Made by a program: the position numbers and the translations under genes. This document shows, piece after piece, positions 41,930-54,524 of a stretch of DNA of 64,000 nt. Below the pieces are notes generated by a model. The model had not been told where the DNA came from. It ran no database searches and was given only the letters and a program-made list of their open reading frames with translations. The DNA comes from Porticoccaceae bacterium. GTDB lineage: Bacteria; Pseudomonadota; Gammaproteobacteria; Pseudomonadales; Porticoccaceae. Each line of letters begins with the position of its first letter. Position 1 is the first letter of the stretch. The stretch is taken from assembly GCA_045560645.1 (NCBI GenBank), contig JBJKZE010000002.1:12858-76857 (forward strand), given 5' to 3'.

Positions 41930-44044
41930 TTACTTATTTTTAACTCGATATACTCGACGAACCGGAGTTAAGCTTCTTACGCGACGAATAATATCAGCCA
42001 AGTGAACCCGATTTCGTACGGTCATAACTACATCGACAATACTAGTAAATGCATCTTTTTCGGTAGCGCTTATATTCTCTATAGTAGCATCTTCATCGGT
42101 TATTCTTGAGGCAAGTGCGGCAATAAAGCCGCGCTCTGGGGTTATTTCTACCTTAACCTCAACAGGAAACTCCCCTTCGACCACTTTTGACCAGCTTAGC
42201 GGCATACATTTTTCTGGATGGTTGCGAATTTCTTTTAGGTTGTGACAGGATTCTAGGTGAATAACTAAACCTTTACCTGGTGATACATGACCTAGAATAG
42301 GGTCGCCAGGTATTGGGTGGCAGCATCGGGCATAATGAAGAATTAAGCTCTCTGATGTATCCACAACCACGGGCAATGATGGCTTACGCTTATCCTCAGG
42401 GATATTTCGCTTAGAAGGTGGCACTAAAATATTAGCCACAGCAAAAGGCACCTGATTACCTAGGCCAATTTGCTGTAGAACATATTCAAAGGTGGGCGCA
42501 GACGTTTCTTTAAGCAATCGCTTAATCTGTGATTTTCGCAGCTTATTATAAGCAGTGCCGTAATTTGCCAACGTTTTGTCAAGCAGTCGTTTGCCTAGAT
42601 TGACAGATTCGTCATGCTGCTGATTTTTCAAGAAGTGACGTATAGCACTTCGCGCCTTTGCAGTAACCACAAAGTTAAGCCAGTTGGGGTTTGGTTGGGC
42701 GCCCTGGGTACTGATGATTTCAATTTTCTGTCCGCTCTGGAGCTGTTCAGATAGGGGTGTTAATTCGCGATCAACTCGACAGGCAATACAGCTATTACCC
42801 AGATCTGTATGAACTGAGTAAGCAAAGTCAACGGCGGTTGCTCCAGAGGGTAGTTCAATAATTCGCCCTTTGGGAGTAAAGACATAGATTTCATCTGGGA
42901 ATAGATCAGTCTTAACATGCTCCAAAAATTCTAACGAATCACCCGCCTGTTTTTGCATTTCAAGCAGTCCCTGAACCCATTGCGTGGCTCGACGCTGGCT
43001 AGCATCAACATTGCCTTCTGAGACTTTGTATTCCCAGTGAGCAGCGATACCGTAGTTGGCCATGGTTTCCATTTCTTTGGTACGAATCTGCACCTCAATA
43101 AATACGCCATGCATACCGACCAAAACCGTGTGGAGTGACTGGTAGCCATTGGCTTTCGGTATGGCGATATAATCCTTAAATTCACCGGGGACAGGCTTAA
43201 AGATATTGTGCATTACTCCAAGTGTGCGATAGCAATCGTCAACGGAGTCGACAATCAGTCTAAAGGCAAAAACATCCATAATATCGCGAAAGGACTTATG
43301 CTTATTGCGCATTTTTTTGTAGATGCTCCACACATGCTTCTCTCTGCCCTTAACAATTGCGGGAAAAGATTCTTTCTCTAGCCGAACTTCGATTGCTTGA
43401 TGAATTTCAGAAACAATTGCTTTGCGGTTTTTACTGGCTGCTTTTAATGCTTCTTGCAAACGCCGATGGCGTAAGGGGTACATGGTGGAAAAACCGAGAT
43501 CTTCAAATTCGATTCGCACATCATTTATACCAAGACGCTGAGCTATTGGCGCATAAATATCTAGAGTTTCTCGGGCGATGCGCCGCCGCTTTTCCGGGGG
43601 TAGTACACCAAGGGTGCGCATATTGTGAAGTCGGTCAGCAAGTTTAACTAGAACCACGCGAATGTCTTTCGACATGGCGAGAGTCATTTTTTGAAAACTT
43701 TCGGCTTGTAGTTGAGCCTTAGTTTCGAATTCAATTTCGCTTAATTTACTAACGCCATCGACCAGATCGGCCACCGTGCGACCAAAGCGTCGACTAATTT
43801 GTCCTTTGGTAACACCGGTATCTTCAATAACATCATGGAGTAAGGCTGCCATTAAACTTTCGTGGTCTAAGCGCATATCGGCCAAGATATTGGCAACTGC
43901 TAACGGGTGAGTGATATAGGGATCTCCACTCTGACGCAGTTGGCCAGAGTGACACTGTTCGGCGTACCTGTAGGCACGCTCGATTTTTTTAACCTCTTTT
44001 TGTTCGAGGTAGTGGGAAAGCTTTTCTGTTAGTACTGAAAGCAC
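41930..44044 (-). CDS. spoT: Bifunctional (p)ppGpp synthetase/hydrolase
   Basis: HDVIED hydrolase, [28 protein letters not shown] and ACT domains. Confidence 0.97.
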   Translation of the reverse strand: MLSVLTEKLSHYLEQKEVKKIERAYRYAEQCHSGQLRQSGDPYITHPLAVANILADMRLDHESLMAALLHDVIEDTGVTKGQISRRFGRTVADLVDGVSKLSEIEFETKAQLQAESFQKMTLAMSKDIRVVLVKLADRLHNMRTLGVLPPEKRRRIARETLDIYAPIAQRLGINDVRIEFEDLGFSTMYPLRHRRLQEALKAASKNRKAIVSEIHQAIEVRLEKESFPAIVKGREKHVWSIYKKMRNKHKSFRDIMDVFAFRLIVDSVDDCYRTLGVMHNIFKPVPGEFKDYIAIPKANGYQSLHTVLVGMHGVFIEVQIRTKEMETMANYGIAAHWEYKVSEGNVDASQRRATQWVQGLLEMQKQAGDSLEFLEHVKTDLFPDEIYVFTPKGRIIELPSGATAVDFAYSVHTDLGNSCIACRVDRELTPLSEQLQSGQKIEIISTQGAQPNPNWLNFVVTAKARSAIRHFLKNQQHDESVNLGKRLLDKTLANYGTAYNKLRKSQIKRLLKETSAPTFEYVLQQIGLGNQVPFAVANILVPPSKRNIPEDKRKPSLPVVVDTSESLILHYARCCHPIPGDPILGHVSPGKGLVIHLESCHNLKEIRNHPEKCMPLSWSKVVEGEFPVEVKVEITPERGFIAALASRITDEDATIENISATEKDAFTSIVDVVMTVRNRVHLADIIRRVRSLTPVRRVYRVKNK

Positions 44045-44081
44045 CTGTTATTAGCCCCCCTGCCTCGCTAAAAGCGCTGTT

Positions 44082-44348
44082 TTAAACAGCTTCTTGCGGA
44101 GTATCTTCTGAAGCTTCTTCTGCATCGACAATTTCGTAGTCGCGTTCGACTTCCTGCAGAAATTCTGGAGTGATCAGACCCTGCTCAATTTCGCGAAGAG
44201 CGATAACTGTGGGCTTGTCATTTTCTGCATCGATAAGAGGTGCGCGGCCGTCGACAGCGATTTGACGAGCTCGCTTAGAGCCAACCATCACTAATTCAAA
44301 ACGGTTATCAACAAAATTTAAACAATCTTCTACTGTAATACGAGCCAT
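44082..44348 (-). CDS. rpoZ: RNA polymerase omega subunit
   Basis: [15 protein letters not shown] and [11 protein letters not shown] motifs. Confidence 0.98.
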   Translation of the reverse strand: MARITVEDCLNFVDNRFELVMVGSKRARQIAVDGRAPLIDAENDKPTVIALREIEQGLITPEFLQEVERDYEIVDAEEASEDTPQEAV

Positions 44349-44430
44349 ATTTAATCCATTGGGGGAAAAATTTATTGGATTTGGCGGCGTTTTGCCACCG
44401 AGAACCTGTGATTTTACCTAATCTGAGCGC

Positions 44431-45039
44431 CTACGACAATAAATCAATTAATAGTTTTTCATGTCCTTGGCTGTTTATCTCACATCGGGTTGCTTGAACA
44501 ATATATTGCAGTTGCTTACAGGCGAGTTCAAATTGGTCATTTATGACCAAATAATCGGCCTCATTGTAGTGGCTCATCTCTTCTTTTGCCGCGGCGATAC
44601 GCTGCTGTATAACAGTATCTGTATCCTGTCCGCGCCCTTTCAGTCTTTCAAGTAACGCCTGCTTACTCGGCGGTAAAATAAAAATGCTTTTACTGCTGGG
44701 GAATTTTTTTCGAACCTGTTCAGCCCCCTGCCAATCTATTTCTAGAATAACGTCAACACCCTTGTTGAGGGTATTTTGAACCCAGTTTTCGGATGTACCA
44801 TAATAATTGCTGTGCACCTTGGCATGCTCAACGAATTGCTGCTGCTTAACCATAGTTTTAAATTGCTGATGAGAAACAAAGTGATAATCCAAGCCATCGG
44901 TTTCTCCAGAGCGACTTGATCGAGTGGTATGAGAAATAGAAACCTGAATATTGTCGAGGCGATCAAGTAGCTCAGCCACTAAGCTGGTTTTGCCGGCTCC
45001 AGAGGGAGCTGAAATAATAAATAAGGTGCCCAAAATCAT
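44431..45039 (-). CDS. gmk: Guanylate kinase
   Basis: SAPSGAGKTS, SHTTR, YYGT and EIDWQGA motifs. Confidence 0.97.
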   Translation of the reverse strand: MILGTLFIISAPSGAGKTSLVAELLDRLDNIQVSISHTTRSSRSGETDGLDYHFVSHQQFKTMVKQQQFVEHAKVHSNYYGTSENWVQNTLNKGVDVILEIDWQGAEQVRKKFPSSKSIFILPPSKQALLERLKGRGQDTDTVIQQRIAAAKEEMSHYNEADYLVINDQFELACKQLQYIVQATRCEINSQGHEKLLIDLLS

Positions 45040-45127
45040 AATAAAACTAAATATCCGGTTAAGAATAGCGCGGTTAAGCGAGTTAGATTAGCAGAAAATA
45101 AATCTATGATCGATAATCTGACAAATC

Positions 45128-45991
45128 TTATTCAATATTTTGAATTTGTTCGCGCATCTGTTCAGTCAGCACTTTTAACTCAACAGAGGCTTGAGTGGTG
45201 ATATTAGAGATAGATTTAGAGCCCAATGTATTTGCTTCGCGATTGAGTTCCTGCATTAAAAAATCCAGTCTTCGGCCTATCGAGGCTTGATCGCCCAGCA
45301 CTCTGCGAATTTCAATGACATGGGCTTCCAGGCGGTCGAGCTCCTCATCAACATCAGCGCGATTGCTGATAATAACCATTTCCTGCTCTAGTCGCTGTTC
45401 ATCGAGTTGGTCTTTTAGTTCGGCAAGTTTTTCATGCAGACGATTGCGTTGTTGTTCAAGAATTTCTGGCAAATGTTTGCGCACAAGAGCTATTTGGGCC
45501 TCAATACCTAATAGCCTTTGCTCAATCATATTGGCCAGCTTCTCGCCTTCCCGGCTGCGACCTTCAAGCATTTGGTCAAGAGCTAAGTCAAAGGCTTGGA
45601 TGCCTGCTTTGCTTAACTGTTTGATATCTATGCTGGAATCTTTGAGTACACCAGGTAATTTCATGATATCTATAGCGGAAATAGTCCCAGGTTGAGTTAT
45701 CTCGGCGGAGATAGATTCAACAATTTTAATATGCTCGCGTGCCGTTTCAAGATCTAGCTCTGAAGAAGCATCTGAGTGATTAAAAGTAATCTGAACAGAG
45801 CAATCGATTTTGCCGCGTCCTAGTTTTTTTCGCGCCATATCTCTGAGTGTGGTCTCAGCCTCGCGCAGGGGTTCGGGCATTCTAAAGCCGACCTCTAAAA
45901 ATCGATGGTTAACCGATTTGAGTTCACAGCTAATTGATCCCCAGTTGTGTTCTTCAGTAATTCTGGCATAGGCGGTCATGCTGCGTGGCAT
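45128..45991 (-). CDS. yicC: YicC/YloC family endoribonuclease
   Basis: SMTAY, SVNHRFLE and GRRLDFLMQELNREANTLGSK motifs. Confidence 0.95.
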   Translation of the reverse strand: MPRSMTAYARITEEHNWGSISCELKSVNHRFLEVGFRMPEPLREAETTLRDMARKKLGRGKIDCSVQITFNHSDASSELDLETAREHIKIVESISAEITQPGTISAIDIMKLPGVLKDSSIDIKQLSKAGIQAFDLALDQMLEGRSREGEKLANMIEQRLLGIEAQIALVRKHLPEILEQQRNRLHEKLAELKDQLDEQRLEQEMVIISNRADVDEELDRLEAHVIEIRRVLGDQASIGRRLDFLMQELNREANTLGSKSISNITTQASVELKVLTEQMREQIQNIE

Positions 45992-46105
45992 AGTAACTCC
46001 ATAAAAAATTTTATTTAACTCTATTCTAACAAAGGCAGTTAAAGAGGGGTAAGATTTGTTACAATTGATGCTTCAAACATAAGAATTTGTAATAAGGCAT
46101 CAATC

Positions 46106-46825
46106 ATGACAAGACCAAGTGGGCGTCGCCCAGAGCAGTTGCGCCAAGTTAAAATTACCAGAAACTACACACAGCATGCTGAGGGCTCAGTTCTCGTCGA
46201 GTTTGGCAATACCAAGGTGATCTGCAATGCCAGTGTTGAAAACAGCGTGCCGCGATTTTTGCGTGGCAAGGGCCATGGTTGGGTAACTGCTGAATATGGC
46301 ATGCTTCCTCGTTCAACCAATAGCCGAATGGGGCGCGAAGCTGCAAGAGGAAAACAGTCTGGACGCACCCAAGAAATACAGAGGCTTATTGGTCGTTCAT
46401 TACGCGCGGCGGTAGACTTAAAACAATTGGGTGAAAATACCATATATATTGATTGTGATGTTATTCAGGCTGATGGCGGAACAAGAACAGCGGCAATTTC
46501 TGGAGGCTGTGTGGCTCTAGTTGATGCTATTCGTTATTTGCAGCGAGAAAAACTGATTAAAACTGATCCTTTATTGCATATGATTGCGGCTGTTTCTGTG
46601 GGTGTTTACAAGGGAATACCGGTACTAGATTTGGATTATCCGGAAGACTCTAATGCAGAAACCGATATGAATGTTGTTATGGATGCCAATGGCGGCTATA
46701 TCGAAATTCAGGGCACAGCTGAAGAGGCGCCATTTTCCGGTGAGGCTTTAACCGAAATGCTGCAACTGGCCAATCAAGGTATTGCTGATCTCGTTAGGGT
46801 ACAAAATATGGCGTTGGCGCAATAA
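46106..46825 (+). CDS. rph: Ribonuclease PH
   Basis: [10 protein letters not shown] and [12 protein letters not shown] motifs. Confidence 0.98.
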   Translation: MTRPSGRRPEQLRQVKITRNYTQHAEGSVLVEFGNTKVICNASVENSVPRFLRGKGHGWVTAEYGMLPRSTNSRMGREAARGKQSGRTQEIQRLIGRSLRAAVDLKQLGENTIYIDCDVIQADGGTRTAAISGGCVALVDAIRYLQREKLIKTDPLLHMIAAVSVGVYKGIPVLDLDYPEDSNAETDMNVVMDANGGYIEIQGTAEEAPFSGEALTEMLQLANQGIADLVRVQNMALAQ

Positions 46826-46874
46826 GGCTGAAACTGATCTATTCTTAAATAAATGGAAAAAAGATTAATAGCAC

Positions 46875-47516
46875 ATGAAAACATACAAAGTAGAATTTAT
46901 TGATAATGCAATCGACAGCGGCGCGTTAAAATTTGGCCAATTTGAGCTTAAGTCTGGTCGTACCTCGCCGCATTTTTTTAATGCCGGTGAATTTTATAAA
47001 GGCTGTGCGCTTGCGGCACTGGGGCGCTGCTATGCGTCATCAATTGTAGAATCAGGTATAGAGTTTGATGTGCTTTTTGGCCCAGCTTATAAGGGCATTA
47101 CATTGGCCGCAGCAACCTCTATTGCTTTATCAGAACATCATGGTATTGACGTGCCCTACTGCTTTAATCGCAAAGAAGCAAAAGCCCATGGCGAAGGGGG
47201 CACTCTGGTAGGTGCTCCTCTTGAAGGCAAAGTGTTAATTATCGATGATGTGATTACCGCTGGTACAGCTATCAGAGAGGTTATGTCGATAGTTGAGCAA
47301 GTGGGGGCTCAAGCCGCGGGCGTGGTTATAGGTTTGGATCGCAAAGAGCGCGGGAAATCCGATAAATCAGCTATTCAAGAAGTGCAAGAGGAATTTAAAA
47401 TTCCAGTGGCGAGTATTATTGATATAGATGATATTTTGCAGTATTTAAAATCTAAGCCTGAGCATAATGACTTGGTTGCTGAGATAGATAAATACCGACA
47501 GAACTATGGCGTTTAG
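46875..47516 (+). CDS. pyrE: Orotate phosphoribosyltransferase
   Basis: LKSGR.SP.FFN, GPAYKGI and IDDVITAGT motifs. Confidence 0.97.
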   Translation: MKTYKVEFIDNAIDSGALKFGQFELKSGRTSPHFFNAGEFYKGCALAALGRCYASSIVESGIEFDVLFGPAYKGITLAAATSIALSEHHGIDVPYCFNRKEAKAHGEGGTLVGAPLEGKVLIIDDVITAGTAIREVMSIVEQVGAQAAGVVIGLDRKERGKSDKSAIQEVQEEFKIPVASIIDIDDILQYLKSKPEHNDLVAEIDKYRQNYGV

Positions 47517-47529
47517 TTGGCCTGCTAAT

Positions 47530-48123
47530 TCAGGCTTGGTTAAACAGTTGTTCAGCCACTAATGGCCACTGCTCTTGCCAAAATTGCGTTGGACGCTGTT
47601 TAAATTCACTGCGAACAAACTGACTAATCTTCCCTTCAAGTAAATTAATCATTAAATCAACTGCTATTGCCGGCGTTGGATTTATAACAAGGCCTTGATT
47701 AAGCTCCGCTTCTCTAAGAATCTGTTTAAGTTGAGATTCTAGCCGGCTAAAAAACTGCGCGATCCGTTGGTGCAGTCGCTCAGTTTCTCCTGTTAGTGCA
47801 TCGCCATGAAGCAGTCGACTTATTCCGGCATTTTTCTCCGCAAATGTTAGAGTTAAGCTTAGGATTCTATAACACTGATTAATTGCATCTGGTTCATCGT
47901 TAATAATAGTCGTAACCCGAGCAAATATTGTCTCTTCAATAAAATCAATCAGCCCTTCATACATTTTAGTTTTACTGGGAAAGTGTCGATACAGGGCTGC
48001 TTCAGAGCAGCCTAGCTCAGAAGCTAGCGCCGCTGTAGTGATGCGCCCTCCGCGAGACGACTCCAGCATAAGTGCTAAAGCCTGAAGAATATCTTGAGCT
48101 TTAGAGCTGCGTTTATCTACCAT
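47530..48123 (-). CDS. slmA: Nucleoid occlusion factor SlmA (TetR family)
   Basis: ITTAALA and SEAALYRHFPSK motifs. Confidence 0.93.
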   Translation of the reverse strand: MVDKRSSKAQDILQALALMLESSRGGRITTAALASELGCSEAALYRHFPSKTKMYEGLIDFIEETIFARVTTIINDEPDAINQCYRILSLTLTFAEKNAGISRLLHGDALTGETERLHQRIAQFFSRLESQLKQILREAELNQGLVINPTPAIAVDLMINLLEGKISQFVRSEFKQRPTQFWQEQWPLVAEQLFNQA

Positions 48124-48136
48124 CAGTAGTCTCCGC

Positions 48137-50472
<2,336 letters not shown>

Positions 50473-50510
50473 TATAGGTTGCTCTCAATTTGCACAGTTT
50501 GTCGCTATTG

Positions 50511-51707
50511 CTAGCTTTTAATTTTATCAGCAATTAGGACAGCAATTTCTCTAGCAAGTTGCGTCTTGCTTTTTTTGCCTAGTGGCTTACAGCTGTCTCC
50601 ATCAATCCATAAGGCCTCATTATCATCAGAGTTAAAGCCAATATCACTGCGAGAAACATCATTGGCAATAATTGCATCCAGTTTTTTTCTGTTAAGCTTT
50701 TCCCGAGCATGGGTTTCAACATGATCGGTCTCTGCGGCAAATCCAACAATAAACAATTTAGGGTTATTTTCAGACAATATAGATACAATATCTGGCGTTT
50801 TCGATAAATTTAGCGACATTTCTTCGGAATTTTTCTTTATTTTTTGTGTTGCTGCTTCGGCTACATAATAGTCTGCAACTGCCGCCGCCGAGATAAAAAT
50901 ATCAGCTGTTTTTGCAGTATTTGAAGCTGCATTGAGCATATCCTTGGCAGATATGACCCTTATCAGCTCGCATCGATCTGGGCTCTCAAGTGACACTGGA
51001 CCTGAGATAAGAGTTACTGATGCCCCAGCATCAATCATAGCGCTAGCAAGGGCATAGCCCATTTTCCCTGAGCTATGATTACTAATATATCGAACAGGAT
51101 CTATAGCCTCTCTAGTGGGCCCAGCGGTAATAACAACCTGTTTTCCAGATAGTGCATTTGAGTCAAAAATTTTGCCAAATTGATCGACTATTGCATCTGG
51201 CTGCTGAAGTCTGCCGGGGCCAATGTCACCACAAGCCTGGATGCCATCATCTGGCTCAAAGATGTAAATGCCCTGTTGTTTTAGATATGAAATATTTTTC
51301 TGAGTTGCTGATTGAGACCACATTGCTTGGTTCATGGCGGGAGCAACTGCAATCTTGCCGCTGGCGGCTAGACAAACCGTAGTGAGCAGGTCATTGGCGA
51401 TGCCTTGGCTTAATGCAGCTATACAGTTTGCGGTTGCTGGTGCAATTAGTATGGCATCAGCCCAGCGAGCCAGCTCAATGTGCCCCATGGCTGCCTCGGC
51501 TTTTGGGTCGAGTAGGTCAGTATGAACAGCCTTGCCAGTAAGGGCTTGAAGTGTAAGTGGGCGAATAAATTCTTGTGCAGAATCTGTCATTATAACCCGC
51601 ACTTCAGCGCCCTGATCTTGCAGGCGTCGTGCAATTTCAGCACTCTTGTATGCGGCAATGCCGCCAGTAATGCCAAGAATGATACGTTTTTGTGACAGAC
51701 TACTCAT
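50511..51707 (-). CDS. coaBC: Phosphopantothenoylcysteine decarboxylase/ligase
   Basis: TGGIAAYK, PAMN, TAGPTRE, SSGKMG and GFAAET motifs. Confidence 0.97.
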   Translation of the reverse strand: MSSLSQKRIILGITGGIAAYKSAEIARRLQDQGAEVRVIMTDSAQEFIRPLTLQALTGKAVHTDLLDPKAEAAMGHIELARWADAILIAPATANCIAALSQGIANDLLTTVCLAASGKIAVAPAMNQAMWSQSATQKNISYLKQQGIYIFEPDDGIQACGDIGPGRLQQPDAIVDQFGKIFDSNALSGKQVVITAGPTREAIDPVRYISNHSSGKMGYALASAMIDAGASVTLISGPVSLESPDRCELIRVISAKDMLNAASNTAKTADIFISAAAVADYYVAEAATQKIKKNSEEMSLNLSKTPDIVSILSENNPKLFIVGFAAETDHVETHAREKLNRKKLDAIIANDVSRSDIGFNSDDNEALWIDGDSCKPLGKKSKTQLAREIAVLIADKIKS

Positions 51708-51787
51708 TAATTCCTCAATAACACTTCTCCAAGCGCCTAAGATAACACTTCATAAGGGAATTCTATAGTGATAAATAAGGATTGATG

Positions 51788-52462
51788 ATGTCTATAAATC
51801 AATGGCAAATGGATGATAGGCCAAGAGAAAAGCTACTAAAAAAAGGGCCTAAAGCGCTCACAGATACCGAGTTGCTAGCGATTTTTCTTCGTGTTGGACG
51901 CAAGGGGGTAAATGCCAAGCAAATGGCGCAAGAGTTAATCGATTGCTTTGGGGGTTTGGGTCCCCTGTTAAATGCCAGCCAAGAAGAATTTTGCAGTGCT
52001 AATGGGTTAGGTAAGGCTAAATTTTGTCAATTACAGGCAATGCTTGAGCTCACTCGTCGCTATTTAGACGAGCAGCTTCGAGGTAAGGATATATTTACTA
52101 GCCCAGAGCAAGTTAGGGATTTTCTTGCGATTCAGATGCGTGATAACCACCGTGAAGTATTTGCTGTTATGCTTTTGGATACTCGCCATCGACTGATTGA
52201 ATTGTTGGATTTATTTTTTGGTACGATTAACTCAGCAAGTGTCTATCCGCGGGAGGTAGTAAAGGTCGCATTAGAAAAAAATGCATCCTCCGTTATTGTG
52301 GCGCATAACCATCCAAGTGGCAGTGCCGAGCCTAGTAGAGCTGATATTCAAATCACCAAAAGACTAAAAGCTGCCCTAGAAATTATTGATATAAAACTTC
52401 TGGACCATTTTATTATTGGCAGGGGTGAAATTGTTTCTTTAGCAGGAATAGGAAAGCTTTAG
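51788..52462 (+). CDS. radC: RadC/YicR JAB-domain protein
   Basis: RPREKL, HNHPSG and LDHFI motifs; coaBC/radC/rpmB synteny. Confidence 0.95.
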   Translation: MSINQWQMDDRPREKLLKKGPKALTDTELLAIFLRVGRKGVNAKQMAQELIDCFGGLGPLLNASQEEFCSANGLGKAKFCQLQAMLELTRRYLDEQLRGKDIFTSPEQVRDFLAIQMRDNHREVFAVMLLDTRHRLIELLDLFFGTINSASVYPREVVKVALEKNASSVIVAHNHPSGSAEPSRADIQITKRLKAALEIIDIKLLDHFIIGRGEIVSLAGIGKL

Positions 52463-52564
52463 CTAGGTAAGTAATATTTTTAAGACAGCTTTTACTGCAA
52501 ATTTTGCTAAAACCGCAACAATATAAAAAAACCATGGTTTTAGGGGTTAATTATCGGTTTTTGT

Positions 52565-52600
52565 TTGCTTCAAGATAGCGATTCTGGTATAAAACGCGCC
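52565..52600 (+). promoter_or_regulatory. sigma70 promoter of rpmBG with GC-rich discriminator
   Basis: TTGCTT-N17-TATAAA followed by ACGCGCC. Confidence 0.7.
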
Positions 52601-52701
52601 TCCTTGAAAGATGGCCTTGATAGAAGGTTGCCAGGGAAACAAAATTCAGTAGGTTATGGGCCTTTGCCCAGAGCGAAAATTGCAAACAAGAGGCAGCAAT
52701 A

Positions 52702-52938
52702 ATGTCTAAAGTATGTCAGGTCACGGGTAAGCGCCCAATGGCTGGAAACAATGTATCTCATGCGAAGAATAGAACTCGTCGACGCTTTGAGCCAAATCTT
52801 CACACTCACCGTTTTTGGATTGAGTCTGAAAAACGCTTTGTAAAATTGCGTGTTTCTACCAAAGGAATGCGAATTATTGATAAAAATGGTATTGAAAACG
52901 TTCTTGCTAGCCTTCGTGCTAACGGCGAGAAAATCTAG
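52702..52938 (+). CDS. rpmB: 50S ribosomal protein L28
   Basis: [19 protein letters not shown]. Confidence 0.98.
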   Translation: MSKVCQVTGKRPMAGNNVSHAKNRTRRRFEPNLHTHRFWIESEKRFVKLRVSTKGMRIIDKNGIENVLASLRANGEKI

Positions 52939-52949
52939 AGGATTAAAAA

Positions 52950-53117
52950 ATGGCTAAGTCAGCTCGAGAAAAAATCCGCTTAGTGTCTAGTGCAGGAACA
53001 GGACACTTCTATACAACGGACAAAAATAAGCGCAACATGCCTGAAAAGATGGAGATCAAAAAATATGATCCCACCATCCGTAAGCACGTTATCTATAAAG
53101 AAGCCAAAATTAAGTAG
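52950..53117 (+). CDS. rpmG: 50S ribosomal protein L33 (missing from the ORF track, 55 aa)
   Basis: Manual translation [55 protein letters not shown]; GAGGA RBS. Confidence 0.97.
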   Translation: MAKSAREKIRLVSSAGTGHFYTTDKNKRNMPEKMEIKKYDPTIRKHVIYKEAKIK

Positions 53118-53160
53118 TAATCGTTCTACCGATACTGCTCTATGTAGCTAACTCTTTCGC

Positions 53161-53195
53161 AAAAAAAAAGGCCCTGACAAAATGCCAGGGCCTTT
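53161..53195. terminator. Intrinsic terminator between rpmG and csp (stronger on the minus strand)
   Basis: AAAGGCCCTG...CAGGGCCTTT stem with an A9 tract on the left. Confidence 0.85.
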
Positions 53196-53234
53196 CAAGA
53201 ACTTTTGTCACCACCCTAGGGCAGTCAAATAACC

Positions 53235-53447
53235 TTAGTCGGCTACTACATTCTCTGCTTGAAGACCCTTTTGGCTCTCAGCAACTTCCATAGTTACCGC
53301 CTGACCTTCTTTTAAAGATTTAAAGCCATCAGCTTGAATTGCGCTGTGATGAACAAATACATCGCTTCCGCCTTCCTGCTCAATAAAACCAAAACCTTTA
53401 CTATCGTTGAACCACTTTACAGTGCCAGCAACTCTTTCGCCTGACAT
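53235..53447 (-). CDS. Cold-shock domain protein (CspA family)
   Basis: GTVKWFN, KGFGFI and DVFVH motifs; ATG at 53447 with GAGG RBS. Confidence 0.96.
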   Translation of the reverse strand: MSGERVAGTVKWFNDSKGFGFIEQEGGSDVFVHHSAIQADGFKSLKEGQAVTMEVAESQKGLQAENVVAD

Positions 53448-53601
53448 AACAACCTCACTTAAATACAACTACGCCCATAAAGGGCACTTTAAACACCAGC
53501 CTCCTTTGAGGCTGAATTAACACTTTAACCAAAAACAAATAAGACTAAAGATCCCCACTGAAACATCTACCCAAAGGCAATTTAATATTTCTAGTGTGTG
53601 C

Positions 53602-53630
53602 AGTGTATTGTTTTTTTTTGGTTTTGGCTA
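53602..53630 (-). promoter_or_regulatory. Putative sigma70 promoter of csp giving a ~150-nt 5' UTR
   Basis: Minus strand TAGCCA-N17-TACACT. Confidence 0.45.
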
Positions 53631-53868
53631 ATTTTCAGTGAATTTTAGTTAAAATTAATTACATTTTTATGGGTTTTATGCGTTTTTAGTGACTTTAAGC
53701 TTTAAGTTTCCTTGTGTCACCGCATGCAAAAAACTACAAATTTATAGCTAATTACTTCAAAACCGGTCTTTTTTGAGTGGTGTGTTAAAGTTACATCGTT
53801 CTAGTTAGGGTGGTTTGTTAAATCTTAAAATTAGTTCAAATACGTACACTTTAATTGAAACACGTGGG

Positions 53869-54093
53869 ATGGTGAGCATATTGAAAGGCATATACAAACA
53901 TTTTAAAGGTAACAGATATCAAGTGATTGGTGTGGCAAAGCATAGTGAGGGCGAGCCTGAAATGGTAGTTTACCGCCCACTTTATGGTGATCGCGATTTG
54001 TGGGTGCGCCCCTTATCTATGTTCTTGGAGATGGTTGAAATCAATGATCAGCTGGTTCCTCGTTTTGAATTGATAGATCAGAGTGCTGAATGA
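53869..54093 (+). CDS. DUF1653 domain protein
   Basis: GIYKHFKG..Y, HSE, VVYRPLYG, LWVRP..MF and PRF motifs; start uncertain. Confidence 0.88.
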   Translation: MVSILKGIYKHFKGNRYQVIGVAKHSEGEPEMVVYRPLYGDRDLWVRPLSMFLEMVEINDQLVPRFELIDQSAE

Positions 54094-54506
54094 TTTTTAT
54101 CTCTCAGTCAATTTCGTTGCCTTTGGAAGAAGTTGAGTTAACAGCTATAAGGGCTAGCGGCCCTGGCGGGCAAAATGTCAACAAGGTCTCCTCTGCAGTG
54201 CATTTAAGATTTAATATTTACCAATCATCTCTGCCTGAATTTTATCAGCAGCGTTTAATGGCGCTTAGCGATCAGCGAATCACCAAAGAGGGCGTTATTA
54301 TAATTAAGGCTCAACAATTTCGGAGTTGGGACAAAAATCGCGCTGATGCTATACAGCGGTTAAAATCCTTACTGCAATCGGTAGCAGTCCTACCAAAGGC
54401 TCGCAAGGCAACAAGGCCTTCTAGAAGCTCACAAAGAAAGCGCTTGGACAAAAAGAATCAACATGGGCAAAAGAAAGCCATGCGATCCAAGCGAATATTC
54501 GATTAA
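54090..54506 (+). CDS. arfB: Alternative ribosome rescue factor B (peptidyl-tRNA hydrolase)
   Basis: GPGGQNVNK motif and basic C-terminal tail. Confidence 0.96.
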   Translation: MIFISQSISLPLEEVELTAIRASGPGGQNVNKVSSAVHLRFNIYQSSLPEFYQQRLMALSDQRITKEGVIIIKAQQFRSWDKNRADAIQRLKSLLQSVAVLPKARKATRPSRSSQRKRLDKKNQHGQKKAMRSKRIFD

Positions 54507-54524
54507 TAGGTTTGGGTAATTGAA

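Noticed and set aside
51788-52462. RadC JAB protein as a mobile-element or defence marker
   Set aside because: Full-length chromosomal type in the standard coaBC-radC-rpmB position.
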